DNA of 64,000 bases from an uncultured delta proteobacterium (GCA_963794325.1 CAWCDG010000005.1:224001-288000); one strand, 5' to 3'. Shown: positions 37,256 to 46,124, counted from the first letter of the stretch. Program-made: numbers and translations. Notes: a model not told the origin generated them from the letters alone.

Positions 37256-37284
37256 TTGACACTGGCTATCGGCTGTTCTAGATT
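37256..37284 (+). promoter_or_regulatory. sigma70-type promoter of the exosortase operon
   Basis: TTGACA-17 nt-TAGATT, 41 nt upstream of ATG 37326. Confidence 0.6.
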
Positions 37285-37325
37285 CACGCCGCGTTCCGCT
37301 AATCAGTATCGATACAAACAAAATA

Positions 37326-39074
37326 ATGGCGAAAGGTGCGCATTCGCTGGCACAGGGTACTACCCTGGAACCGTCGATCGCGCCGGATACGATTCCGATC
37401 GCGTCGGGCTCGCGTGATCTCAATCGCCAGGTCTCCGCACCCCCATACGTCGCGTTCCTGATCGTCGTTCTGTCCGGCGAAGTTATAGCTTACTACCGTT
37501 TTTCAAATTCAGCGGCGATTCTCATGCAAGGCGGTCCCGACGTCCGCTACTTGCTGATCATGCTCACGGAATGGATCCGCTACATGATCCTGGCTGCGGC
37601 AGCGACGACGATTCTGCTGAGCCGGAACGAGTTTGCCGCGACAGCGATGCGGATGTGGGTCACCCCGGTTCCGATTTCCAGACGCAAGAAAATTCTCGCG
37701 ATTCAAGTGATACTGGCGGGCGCGCTGGTGGCGTGGAGCGGCATCCGTCCCAGGTATTTTGCGTCGCCGGAAGCTGTCGCGGGCTGGGCGCTGGTCCGGC
37801 TGGCGCTGGCCATGGGCGCGATGGCGACGTTCGCGATCGCATTTACTCCACTCGAGGTCTGGCGCGAATGGTACCTCGCGCGGCCGGGCGCATTCCGAGC
37901 AGGCCTCGTCGTTGGACTCGTCGCCGGGCCCGTCCTGCGAAACTTCCTTCCAATGTTCTCTTCGGCAATGTGTGAGATTCCTATTCTGACGGCGGCGATG
38001 TACGACTTTACCATTTGGATCGCGGCCGCGACGCTGAGGGCGCTTGGACAGCATGCGGTGATCAACTGGCAGCGCCAGTCCATCGGGGTCCCGGGTTTCA
38101 GGGTTATTGTCTCGCCGCAATGCGCGGGAATCGATGGCATCGTTGTTATCACGCTTTTTCTTACGGCATATCTCTGGTTTTGCCGCCGCGATTTGCGATT
38201 CCCGGTTGCTCTGATCCTTCTTCCGCTGGGCATGATTCTGAGTTGGATTTTGAACGACGTCCGGCTCACGGCGTTGATAATGATTGGCCCGCACAATCCG
38301 AAGATCGCGATAGGATTTTTTCACACGATCGCAGGATGGGCCTTCCTCAATCTGCTGGGAATCGCGATGGTTGTATCGAGCCGGACTATGTCCATCTTCC
38401 GCGCGGAACCACTCGACGCGCTCCCGCAGGCGAGCGAGCGAACCTCGTCAGCGGACATGTATATCCTTCCGATGCTGGTGACACTCGCGGTCGGGATGCT
38501 GACCCGGCCGTTCGCGGCGTCACTCGACTTTCTATATCCGTTGACCGTGATTGCAACCGCCGCGGTCTTGTTCGCGTATCGCGGCAAGATCTTGGCACTC
38601 GGATGGAATCCAGACTGGACCGCGCCAGCGGCGGGCGCCGTGGTTTTTGCGATCTGGATTGCGATCGCGCGACAGTCCGGGACGTTGCACGATTCGGCGA
38701 TGGCGGCTTCGTTGCAAAGCCTTCCTGATTGGGACCGCTGCTGCTGGCTAGTATTCCGGGTGGCGGGCGCGGTGATCAGCGTGCCTATCGCGGAAGAGTT
38801 GTTTTTTCGCGGTTACCTGTTGAGAAAGCTGGTCTCGGCGGACTTCGAATCCGTCGATGCGCGGCAGTTCACCTGGATGTCTTTTCTAATCTCGTCGATG
38901 TTATTCGGCGTGCTGCATCGTAATTGGATCGGCGGCATCCTTGCGGGGATGGGCTTCGCAATCGTGCAATATCGGCGCGGACGGCTGACCGACGCAATCG
39001 TCGCGCATTCCGCCTGCAATGCGCTGGTGGCGGCGTACGTGATAGCGACGGGCAGTTGGGGACTATGGAATTAG
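37326..39074 (+). CDS. xrtE: exosortase fused to CPBP (CAAX/Abi) intramembrane protease, exosortase E/protease-like
   Basis: Polytopic membrane protein. Exosortase triad: Cys in VSPQCAGIDG, Arg in LNDVRLTALI, His in FFHTIAGW. C-terminal CPBP motifs PIAEELFFRG, FGVLH, AHSACN. Confidence 0.88.
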   Translation: MAKGAHSLAQGTTLEPSIAPDTIPIASGSRDLNRQVSAPPYVAFLIVVLSGEVIAYYRFSNSAAILMQGGPDVRYLLIMLTEWIRYMILAAAATTILLSRNEFAATAMRMWVTPVPISRRKKILAIQVILAGALVAWSGIRPRYFASPEAVAGWALVRLALAMGAMATFAIAFTPLEVWREWYLARPGAFRAGLVVGLVAGPVLRNFLPMFSSAMCEIPILTAAMYDFTIWIAAATLRALGQHAVINWQRQSIGVPGFRVIVSPQCAGIDGIVVITLFLTAYLWFCRRDLRFPVALILLPLGMILSWILNDVRLTALIMIGPHNPKIAIGFFHTIAGWAFLNLLGIAMVVSSRTMSIFRAEPLDALPQASERTSSADMYILPMLVTLAVGMLTRPFAASLDFLYPLTVIATAAVLFAYRGKILALGWNPDWTAPAAGAVVFAIWIAIARQSGTLHDSAMAASLQSLPDWDRCCWLVFRVAGAVISVPIAEELFFRGYLLRKLVSADFESVDARQFTWMSFLISSMLFGVLHRNWIGGILAGMGFAIVQYRRGRLTDAIVAHSACNALVAAYVIATGSWGLWN

Positions 39075-40118
39075 CGCCTCGACCTTTCCGGCTTACGACC
39101 GGGGCGAGCGCAGCGGTGTTCTCGATTTTGGCGGCCGGCCTGATTGCCGGTTCCATCCTCTATACACACATCGCCGCGACCCACCCGGGTGCACTGGTGG
39201 GAATGCCGGCGCTTGCGGGGATGAACAACCTGAGGCTGTCGCGCTTTCTGCTGGGCGCGGGGATCTGGGCTGCGGCCGTACTGATGTGGAGCTTCGCGCT
39301 CCAGCGGCTATTTCCGATGGACGCGTCCGATCGCATGATGACGCGAGGCCTCTGGTTCGATTCGATCTGGTTCGGCGGGGAGCTGGCGCGCCAACTGACC
39401 TGGATACCCCTGTATTTCGTTTTTCTCATCTGGATCAAGCGCAACCTGCTCGGCAACTTCGAATTGATTGCGCCAGGAACGATGCCACGCGCGATGCTGC
39501 TGATCGTAGGCAATATTGGCCGGTGATTTTCTCGCCTACCTAAGTCACATCGCACGGCATCGATTCGATTTTCTGTGGAATTTTCATGCCGTCCACCACT
39601 CGCAAAGGGAACTCAACTTATTCACGCAGCATCGCTTTCACGACCTTGATACTTTCGCCGACATGGCGATCAGGACTTTGCCGGTTTTGATTCTGACGCC
39701 GGGTCTCGTCGTGGTTGGCGTTTACAATACTGTGGCGCTGATTCATTTTCGCCTCTACCATTGCCCGATCCGATCGAACTACGGACCGTTGCGATACATC
39801 CTGGTGACGCCGCAGTCTCATCGCATTCATCACGCGAGCGATCCGCGCCTGCAGAATAGTAATTTCGGAATATTCTTTAGCGTGTGGGATCATATTTTCG
39901 GGACGCAGCATCGCTCCTACGATGAGTACGAAGTACAGCTCGGCCTTCAGGATGTTGCCTTTCCCGTCGAACAGGACGCTTCCGTAGGCGAATTTGTCGC
40001 AGCGTATGCGGCGCAACTGGTCTATCCGCTCGCGAGACTTCTACACGCGACTACACCCGCAACGGCGCCAGAGTTAGTGGGCAACAAAGGATTTGAAATA
40101 ACGAAGTCATCCGAGTAG
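39065..40118 (+). CDS. sterol desaturase / fatty-acid hydroxylase superfamily protein, frameshifted at 39509-39510
   Basis: His boxes HIARH, HAVHH, HRIHH and NFG...S.WDHIFGT. ATG 39065 overlaps the end of xrtE; deleting one G gives LLIVAILAGDFLAY. Confidence 0.85.
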
Positions 40119-40149
40119 ATAAGGCTGTCACTGGGGAGGATCAGATTGG

Positions 40150-40338
40150 ATGAGAGATGCGTTGCGAGTCGCCGGGGTTGTGGCGTTGATCGTATTCGTT
40201 CTCGTACCGGGAGCCGCGTTTGCGGGGGCCCCAGTGGCGGCGCCTGAGCTCGATCCAGGTCTAGGTATAGCGGGGTTGGCGTTGCTGGGTGGCACCGCCG
40301 CTTTTGTAGTCGAGCGCTATCGCCGGCGTTCGAAGTAA
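40150..40338 (+). CDS. APELDP-CTERM micro-substrate 1 (core GAPVA)
   Basis: 25-aa signal ending AFA, GAPVA, APELDP, TM helix, ERYRRRSK; GGAGG RBS. Confidence 0.88.
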   Translation: MRDALRVAGVVALIVFVLVPGAAFAGAPVAAPELDPGLGIAGLALLGGTAAFVVERYRRRSK

Positions 40339-40382
40339 GAGACTGGTAACCGGGGGAGATTGGGTTCGTCAGAGAGGATCAG

Positions 40383-40568
40383 ATGGAGAATGCGTTGCGA
40401 GTGGCTGGGGTTGTGGGATTGATAGTCTTCGTTGTCGCGCCCAGAGCCGCGTTAGCAGGTGCGGTCGGCGCACCTGAGCTCGACCCGAGCCTCGGCATCG
40501 CGGGGTTAGCGTTGCTGGGTGGCACCGCCGCTTTTGTAATCGAGCGTTATCGGCGCCGCGCGAAATAA
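40383..40568 (+). CDS. APELDP-CTERM micro-substrate 2 (core GAVG)
   Basis: Signal ending ALA, GAVG, APELDP, TM helix, ERYRRRAK; GAGG RBS. Confidence 0.88.
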   Translation: MENALRVAGVVGLIVFVVAPRAALAGAVGAPELDPSLGIAGLALLGGTAAFVIERYRRRAK

Positions 40569-40587
40569 CCGGGAGGAGTCGGACTCA

Positions 40588-40773
40588 ATGAAAGATATGA
40601 TCCGCTTCGCGGGGGTCCTTGCGTTGATTGCATTCGTTCTCGCACCGGGAGCCGCGTTCGCTGGTATCACGCCGGCGCCTGAGCTCGATCCAAGCCTGGG
40701 TATCGCTGGGTTGGCGTTGATGGGTGGAACTGCAGCCTTTGTAATCGAGCGTTATCGGCGGCGTTCGAAATAA
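40588..40773 (+). CDS. APELDP-CTERM micro-substrate 3 (core GITP)
   Basis: Signal ending AFA, GITP, APELDP, TM helix, ERYRRRSK; GGAGGAG RBS. Confidence 0.88.
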   Translation: MKDMIRFAGVLALIAFVLAPGAAFAGITPAPELDPSLGIAGLALMGGTAAFVIERYRRRSK

Positions 40774-40792
40774 CCGGGAGGAGTCGGATTCA

Positions 40793-40975
40793 ATGAAAGA
40801 TACGATCCGAGTCGCGGGGGTCCTTGCATTGATCGCGTTCGTTCTCGCACCGGGAGCCGCGTTGGCGAGTGTGGGCGCGCCTGAGCTTGATCCAGGCATG
40901 AGCGTCGCTGGGTTGGCGTTGCTGGGCGGTTCAGCCGCTTTTGTAATCGAGCGTTATCGGCGCCGCCCGAAGTAA
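40793..40975 (+). CDS. APELDP-CTERM micro-substrate 4 (core SVG)
   Basis: Signal ending ALA, SVG, APELDP, TM helix, ERYRRRPK; GGAGGAG RBS. Confidence 0.88.
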   Translation: MKDTIRVAGVLALIAFVLAPGAALASVGAPELDPGMSVAGLALLGGSAAFVIERYRRRPK

Positions 40976-41002
40976 GACCTCGATCCGTTCCTTTGCAGAA
41001 GG

Positions 41003-42454
41003 CTATCGGGCCTGCAGTTTCGCCAAGAACCGTTCCTTTAATCCATCGAACGGGCCGTTCGACATGAACAGCGCGATGTCGCCTGAGCGCGCGTCGGCGA
41101 GCATCCGCTCGAGGATTTCATCGTTCGACGCGCACGCAATCGCATGCGCTCCGCGCGCGCTGATCGCACTGGCGAGCGCGCCAGTTTCGAGCCGCTCGTT
41201 CGGGGCGATCTGATCGTTCTCCTTGAAATAGACCGGCCCCAGGTAAACCCGCGAGGCTCGATCGAATGCGCACGCGAATGCGTTTTGGAAAACGTTACGC
41301 CGCGCCGTGTTCGAGCGTGGCTCGAACGCCGCAAGTATACGACGGCCGGGAAATCGCTCGGCGATCGCTTCGAGCGTGACGCCGATCGCCGTCGGATGAT
41401 GCGCGAAGTCGTCCACCACGGTCACTCCTGCCGCCTCGCCGATCACCTGCTGCCGCCGCACCACGCCTTTGAAGGTCCGCAGGCCGGCGGCGATCTCGTC
41501 GCCGGAAACTCCAAACGCGCTGAGCAGCACGTAAACGCCGAGCGCATTGGCGACGTTCATGCGGCCGCCGATCGGCAGATGGATCGATTCGTGGATTCGA
41601 TCGCCGTCGCGCGTCACCGAAAATCTCGCGCCGTCTGAGCCTACCGTCACGTCCGTCGCGCGATATTCACCTTCGCGCAGTCCGTAGGTGAGCCGTCGCG
41701 AGCGAGCGCTCGCGCTGACTTCGAGTGCGTGCGGAAAATCGGCGCATACCGCGAGCACGCGCCACGAATCCATCTGATCGACGAGCGCACGGAAGCTCGA
41801 CTTCACGTGCTCGAGATCGCGATAGATATCCGCATGATCGAATTCCACCGCGGTGATTATCGCGCCGCTGGCGCGGTAGTGCAGAAACTTCGGGCCTTTG
41901 TCGAAAAATGCGGTGTCGTACTCGTCGCCCTCGATCACGAAGTCGGCGCCATTGCCTAACCGGTAGTTCGAGCCGAAATCGCTTGCGACACCTCCAACCA
42001 GCATCGATGGGTCGCGGCCCGCGGCTTCGAGCACGTGCGCCATCATCGCGGTTGAAGTGGTCTTGCCATGCGTTCCCGTGATCATCAGCACGCGCCGGTC
42101 CTTCAGAAAAAAATGCCAGAGCGCCTCGGGCATCGAGAGATATGGAATCGGCGAAGCGAGGAGCGCGACGGCTTCGGGATTGGCCGGCACGATCACGTTG
42201 CCCACCACGGCCAGGTCGGGAGCAGGCGATAAATTCGCGGGCGAAAATCCGGTCATCAATTCGACTCGCGAATTTTTGAGCAGCGACAGGGTTGGCTCGT
42301 AGAGCTGATTGTCGGAGCCGGTGACAGAAAATCCGCGCTCGACCAGCATCCCGGCCAGCGCAGCCATCGCGGTGCCGCCGACTCCTACAAGGTGCACGCG
42401 GCGGACGGACGCTGGAATGCGCGCGAGGCGCGATGCGCTTGCAACATCAGCCAC
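41003..42454 (-). CDS. mpl: murein peptide ligase (UDP-MurNAc:L-Ala-gamma-D-Glu-mDAP ligase)
   Basis: GVGGTAMAALA, TGTHGKTT, EGDEYDTAFFDK, DDFAHHPTAI, FEPRSNT. Confidence 0.93.
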   Translation of the reverse strand: MADVASASRLARIPASVRRVHLVGVGGTAMAALAGMLVERGFSVTGSDNQLYEPTLSLLKNSRVELMTGFSPANLSPAPDLAVVGNVIVPANPEAVALLASPIPYLSMPEALWHFFLKDRRVLMITGTHGKTTSTAMMAHVLEAAGRDPSMLVGGVASDFGSNYRLGNGADFVIEGDEYDTAFFDKGPKFLHYRASGAIITAVEFDHADIYRDLEHVKSSFRALVDQMDSWRVLAVCADFPHALEVSASARSRRLTYGLREGEYRATDVTVGSDGARFSVTRDGDRIHESIHLPIGGRMNVANALGVYVLLSAFGVSGDEIAAGLRTFKGVVRRQQVIGEAAGVTVVDDFAHHPTAIGVTLEAIAERFPGRRILAAFEPRSNTARRNVFQNAFACAFDRASRVYLGPVYFKENDQIAPNERLETGALASAISARGAHAIACASNDEILERMLADARSGDIALFMSNGPFDGLKERFLAKLQAR

Positions 42455-43577
42455 TGGCGAGTGCGTCCATGATCAAATCGTGAATCTTCGGGCGGAAGTC
42501 GCGAATCTTCTGATTGTCGCGCCGCGGATGAACGCGGTTGGTCAGCATCGAGATCGCAACTTCGCTCTCCGGCTCGATCCAGATAGAAGTCCCGGTGAAG
42601 CCGAGATGCCCGACAGCCGCAGGCGAGAAGCGATGGCCCGAGCTGGAATGCTCGGCCGACGGCGTGTCCCATCCGAGCGCCCAGGTCGAGCCGGGCACGG
42701 TCGCATCGCGGGTCCAGAACTCGCGGATTATTTTCTGCGGCACGAAATCCGAGCGTCCCGCGTAACAGGCGATCAGCTCGCCAGCGATTCGATCGACCTC
42801 GCGCACCGGCGCGAACAGTCCCGCATGACCGGCGACTCCGCCCATCGCGAAGGCGTTCTCGTCGTCAACCTCGCCGACCAGCAGTCGCTTGCGTGAAGGG
42901 CAAATCTCGGTTGGCGCGAACATGTCGGGGACCGGCTCGAGGCGCCGCGACCGAACATGCGAGATGTCTATATAATCGGTCGCGCGCAAACCGAGCGGGC
43001 GGAAAATTTTCTCGCGGCAGAATCGGTTGAGCGCGACGCTCGATACCTTCTCGATCGTTTCGCCGAGCAGGATGAATCCAAGATCCGAGTATATAGTTTT
43101 GGTCGCGGGCGTCGCTTCGGGTTTCTCGCGATGAATCTCCTCGTAGGCGAACTCCTTGGCGCCGTAGCTCGCCATGAAATTCACCCGCCCGCCTTTTTCG
43201 ATTTCCGCAATCCGCTGATAGAACGGACGCCACGCCGCCAGGCCCGAACAATGCGCCAGCAGATGCCGAAACGTGATGACGGTCTTGCCGTGCACGCCAA
43301 AGTTCGGGAAAAAGCGCGTCGCGCGATCGTCGAGGCGAAACTTGCCGTCGCGCGCCAGAATCATCAGCGCGACCGTCGTCGCCAGCGCCTTGGTGAGCGA
43401 CGACAGGTCGTAAACAGTTTCGAGTTTGGCTGGCGAACGGGCCGGCTCGATCGACCTGAATCCGAACGCGCCTTCGAACGCGACATCCGCGCCGTGCCGC
43501 ACGACCAGCGTCGCGCCGGGAATCACCCCTTGCTCGACCGCGTCGTTGAAAGCCTGCTCGACCTCACTCCAACCCAA
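42447..43577 (-). CDS. serine hydrolase, beta-lactamase/AmpC-like family
   Basis: SLTK, YSDLGF, GHAGLF, GHLGFTGTS, LTNRVHP. Confidence 0.9.
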   Translation of the reverse strand: MGWSEVEQAFNDAVEQGVIPGATLVVRHGADVAFEGAFGFRSIEPARSPAKLETVYDLSSLTKALATTVALMILARDGKFRLDDRATRFFPNFGVHGKTVITFRHLLAHCSGLAAWRPFYQRIAEIEKGGRVNFMASYGAKEFAYEEIHREKPEATPATKTIYSDLGFILLGETIEKVSSVALNRFCREKIFRPLGLRATDYIDISHVRSRRLEPVPDMFAPTEICPSRKRLLVGEVDDENAFAMGGVAGHAGLFAPVREVDRIAGELIACYAGRSDFVPQKIIREFWTRDATVPGSTWALGWDTPSAEHSSSGHRFSPAAVGHLGFTGTSIWIEPESEVAISMLTNRVHPRRDNQKIRDFRPKIHDLIMDALASG

Positions 43578-43600
43578 CGCCCATCCTCCAAAAACTGCCG

Positions 43601-44527
43601 TTAATGTGAAACGGCCGGCTCCGTAAAAATAATCCGGCGCGCGCTGGAATCGATTCGCGCGACCACGCCGAACGGAATCGTAAAATTCTCAGTGCCATGC
43701 CCGGCTTCGACGCCGTACAGCACGGGACATCCGAGGCCCGCGGTCTGCTCGGCAGCGAAGCGCGCTATCAATTGAGTCTCCTGCTCATTTCCATCGATCG
43801 CGCGAATCGCGCCGAAAACAATTCCCGCAACTCTGCCGAGCGCTCCCGACTGGCGCAACTGCACGAGCATCCGGTCGATACGATAAGCCTTCTCGCCGGT
43901 GTCTTCGAGGAACAAAATTCGCCCGTCGAAGCGCGGCTCGAACGGCGTGCCGATCATCGCAACCAGCACCGACAGGCATCCGCCGATAACTTCGCCCTGC
44001 GCTCTCCCGGGATGCATCGCTTCGCGCGCCTCGAGTTCGAAGCCGTCGAGCTTGCCGGTGAGCAGTCCTTGCAGGTGTTCGAGCGCGCGCGGACTCAAGC
44101 CTCGGGCAAAATCCATCGCGACCATCGGTCCGTGAAACGACACAATTCCTGCTAGATCGACCAGCGCGTTGAGCAGGAATGTGGGGTCCGAAAAGCCGAC
44201 GAAAATTTTTGGCGTGCGCGCAATCGCCTTGAAATCGAGGAGCGGCAGCAGCCGCCCGCATCCGTAACCGCCACGCGCAGAAAAAATCGCCTTGACCTCG
44301 GGGTCGGCGAAGTAGGTTTGAAGCTCACTCGCGCGCTCGCGATCATCGCCAGCTAAAATCCCGGAACGCGCCAGCACCCGCTCCGAAACTTTGACTCGGT
44401 AGCCCATCGAGCCAAGCACGTTGACGCCGCGCTCGAGATGCGCCCGCTCGATCGCGGCGGCGGACGCGACGACGGCTACCGTCTCGCCCGGTTGGAGCGC
44501 GTCAGGTTTGATTGGTTTGTTCTTCAC
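43601..44527 (-). CDS. ldcA: LD-carboxypeptidase (family S66)
   Basis: ARGGYG, GFSD, HGPM, LFLED, GHG. Confidence 0.9.
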   Translation of the reverse strand: MKNKPIKPDALQPGETVAVVASAAAIERAHLERGVNVLGSMGYRVKVSERVLARSGILAGDDRERASELQTYFADPEVKAIFSARGGYGCGRLLPLLDFKAIARTPKIFVGFSDPTFLLNALVDLAGIVSFHGPMVAMDFARGLSPRALEHLQGLLTGKLDGFELEAREAMHPGRAQGEVIGGCLSVLVAMIGTPFEPRFDGRILFLEDTGEKAYRIDRMLVQLRQSGALGRVAGIVFGAIRAIDGNEQETQLIARFAAEQTAGLGCPVLYGVEAGHGTENFTIPFGVVARIDSSARRIIFTEPAVSH

Positions 44528-44608
44528 GCTGTCGATCCGAATCCTACCAGATGGACCGCGCCAACGCCCGTCAGTCGCGCGAAATTACGCCGCTTCTGAT
44601 TTTTCGGA

Positions 44609-45913
44609 TCATTCGGCGACAGCCGGCGCGGCATGCTCTTCCATCCCGGTCAGCGAACCCACTTCCGAGAAACCGAGCAGCGCGGCCGTGACCCACAGAC
44701 CCGCCGCACCGATCGCGATCGTCGGACGGAGTCCAATCAGCCCGCCCGCGATTCCGGCGACGAGTTGGCCGCCGAGCACGCTGGCGAGCCTTACGAAGCG
44801 CAGGCTCGCGTTGACGCGGCCGAGCATCGGCTTGGGAGTGATCGTCTGGATCAAGCTGACGGCGTTGATGAAATAGACCGTCGCGGCGCTGTCACCGATT
44901 AGCTGCTGTGCGACCAGCAGCGCCACCGATATGGGTCCGCTGCCCCGCGCGATCGGCAGCAGCATGTATGCGACGCCCTCGATCGCGAGTCCCGCCACCA
45001 TCGCACGTCCGGTGCCGAAAATCTCGGCGCTACGGCGTGCCGCCAATGCGCCGAAGAGCGAGCTCGCGCCACCGACTGCGAAGATCATGCCGAGGACGCC
45101 GGGCCTGAAGCCGAGCGCATTGACGACGAACAGCATGTAGAGCGTGCCGACCAGGCTGTTCGCGAAGCCGCCGGCGATCACGTTGACTCCGAATGCGCGC
45201 AGACGGCCGTCGGCAAATATCAGTCGCGCCCCGGCCGCTATGTCGCCGGCTACGCTGGAATCGCGGGCACGCGGCGCAGGAACGGGTTCGGGCTTGCGGA
45301 TGAGCGCGATCGCAAGCGCCGACGCGAGAAATGATATCGCGTCGATCAGAATTGCGAAGGGCGCCGTCAGCCATTGCACGAGCCAACCCGATAGCGCGAA
45401 ACCGCCGGCTTCGGCGACCCCGGCGCTCGCGGTGAGCTTGCTGTTGGCGTCGATGAGATCTTCGCGCTCGACCAGGGACGGCAGGTACGATCGATAGGCG
45501 ACGTCAAAGAAGAGATCGAGTGCCGAGTACGCGAGCATCACGGCGCATAGCTGTCCCATCGTCAGCGAAGCGAACATCGCGGCAACTGGAATCGTTCCCA
45601 ATACAACGAAGCGGCCGATGTCGGTAGCGATCAGAATCGGGCGGCGTCGGACGCGATCCACCAGCACGCCAGCGAACAGGCCGAGGACCAGCGTCGGGAC
45701 AATCCCGGCCGCCGCCAGGAAGCCCATCTGAAATGGAGTCGCCTTGAGCGCAATCACCGCGGCGAAGCTGATCGCGACGTCGCCCATTCGCGTGCCGAAT
45801 AGAGAGACCGTCTCGCCGGTCCACAATTTCATGAAGTCGGCGTGGCGAAATAATACGCTCGTACGGCGCACGTCTGTGCCGATTGGTTCGTTGTCTTTTT
45901 CGTTCGAGTACAT
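44609..45913 (-). CDS. MFS transporter (macrolide/H+ antiporter-like)
   Basis: About 12 hydrophobic segments; GVLVDRVRRR motif A; LGRVNAS. Confidence 0.9.
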   Translation of the reverse strand: MYSNEKDNEPIGTDVRRTSVLFRHADFMKLWTGETVSLFGTRMGDVAISFAAVIALKATPFQMGFLAAAGIVPTLVLGLFAGVLVDRVRRRPILIATDIGRFVVLGTIPVAAMFASLTMGQLCAVMLAYSALDLFFDVAYRSYLPSLVEREDLIDANSKLTASAGVAEAGGFALSGWLVQWLTAPFAILIDAISFLASALAIALIRKPEPVPAPRARDSSVAGDIAAGARLIFADGRLRAFGVNVIAGGFANSLVGTLYMLFVVNALGFRPGVLGMIFAVGGASSLFGALAARRSAEIFGTGRAMVAGLAIEGVAYMLLPIARGSGPISVALLVAQQLIGDSAATVYFINAVSLIQTITPKPMLGRVNASLRFVRLASVLGGQLVAGIAGGLIGLRPTIAIGAAGLWVTAALLGFSEVGSLTGMEEHAAPAVAE

Positions 45914-45941
45914 TTTAGGTCTCACGCGCGGCGCGCCGCGC

Positions 45942-45983
45942 AGAAAACAAAAGAGCCCCAGGCTCCGACGCCCGAGGCTCTTT
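45942..45983 (-). terminator. intrinsic terminator / attenuator hairpin upstream of the MFS gene
   Basis: Minus strand AAAGAGCCTCGGGC-gtcgga-GCCTGGGGCTCTTT then TGTTTTCT; 14-bp stem with two G-U pairs. Confidence 0.8.
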
Positions 45984-46006
45984 CAAGCCAGGTTTCGAAG
46001 TATTCC

Positions 46007-46051
46007 TCAACCAGTAGGTGGTTGGTTGATATGGATGAGGGTGACTTTCAT
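46007..46051 (-). CDS. putative leader peptide MKVTLIHINQPPTG
   Basis: GGAG RBS 6 nt before the ATG; 14 codons; stop about 23 nt before the terminator stem. Confidence 0.65.
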   Translation of the reverse strand: MKVTLIHINQPPTG

Positions 46052-46124
46052 GGGATTCTCCGACTTCTGACTTCTAACCAGCCGCGAGACTAATCGCGGC
46101 GCGCGGATGGGTCAAGAAACCGCA

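Noticed and set aside
40150-40975. Tandem repeats as a CRISPR array or non-coding repeat
   Set aside because: Units are about 200 nt, each an intact ORF with RBS and codon-position variation; there is no repeat-spacer structure and no cas gene.
42447-43577. Beta-lactam resistance gene
   Set aside because: Position between ldcA and mpl and the absence of a signal peptide favour a cytoplasmic peptidoglycan-recycling hydrolase.
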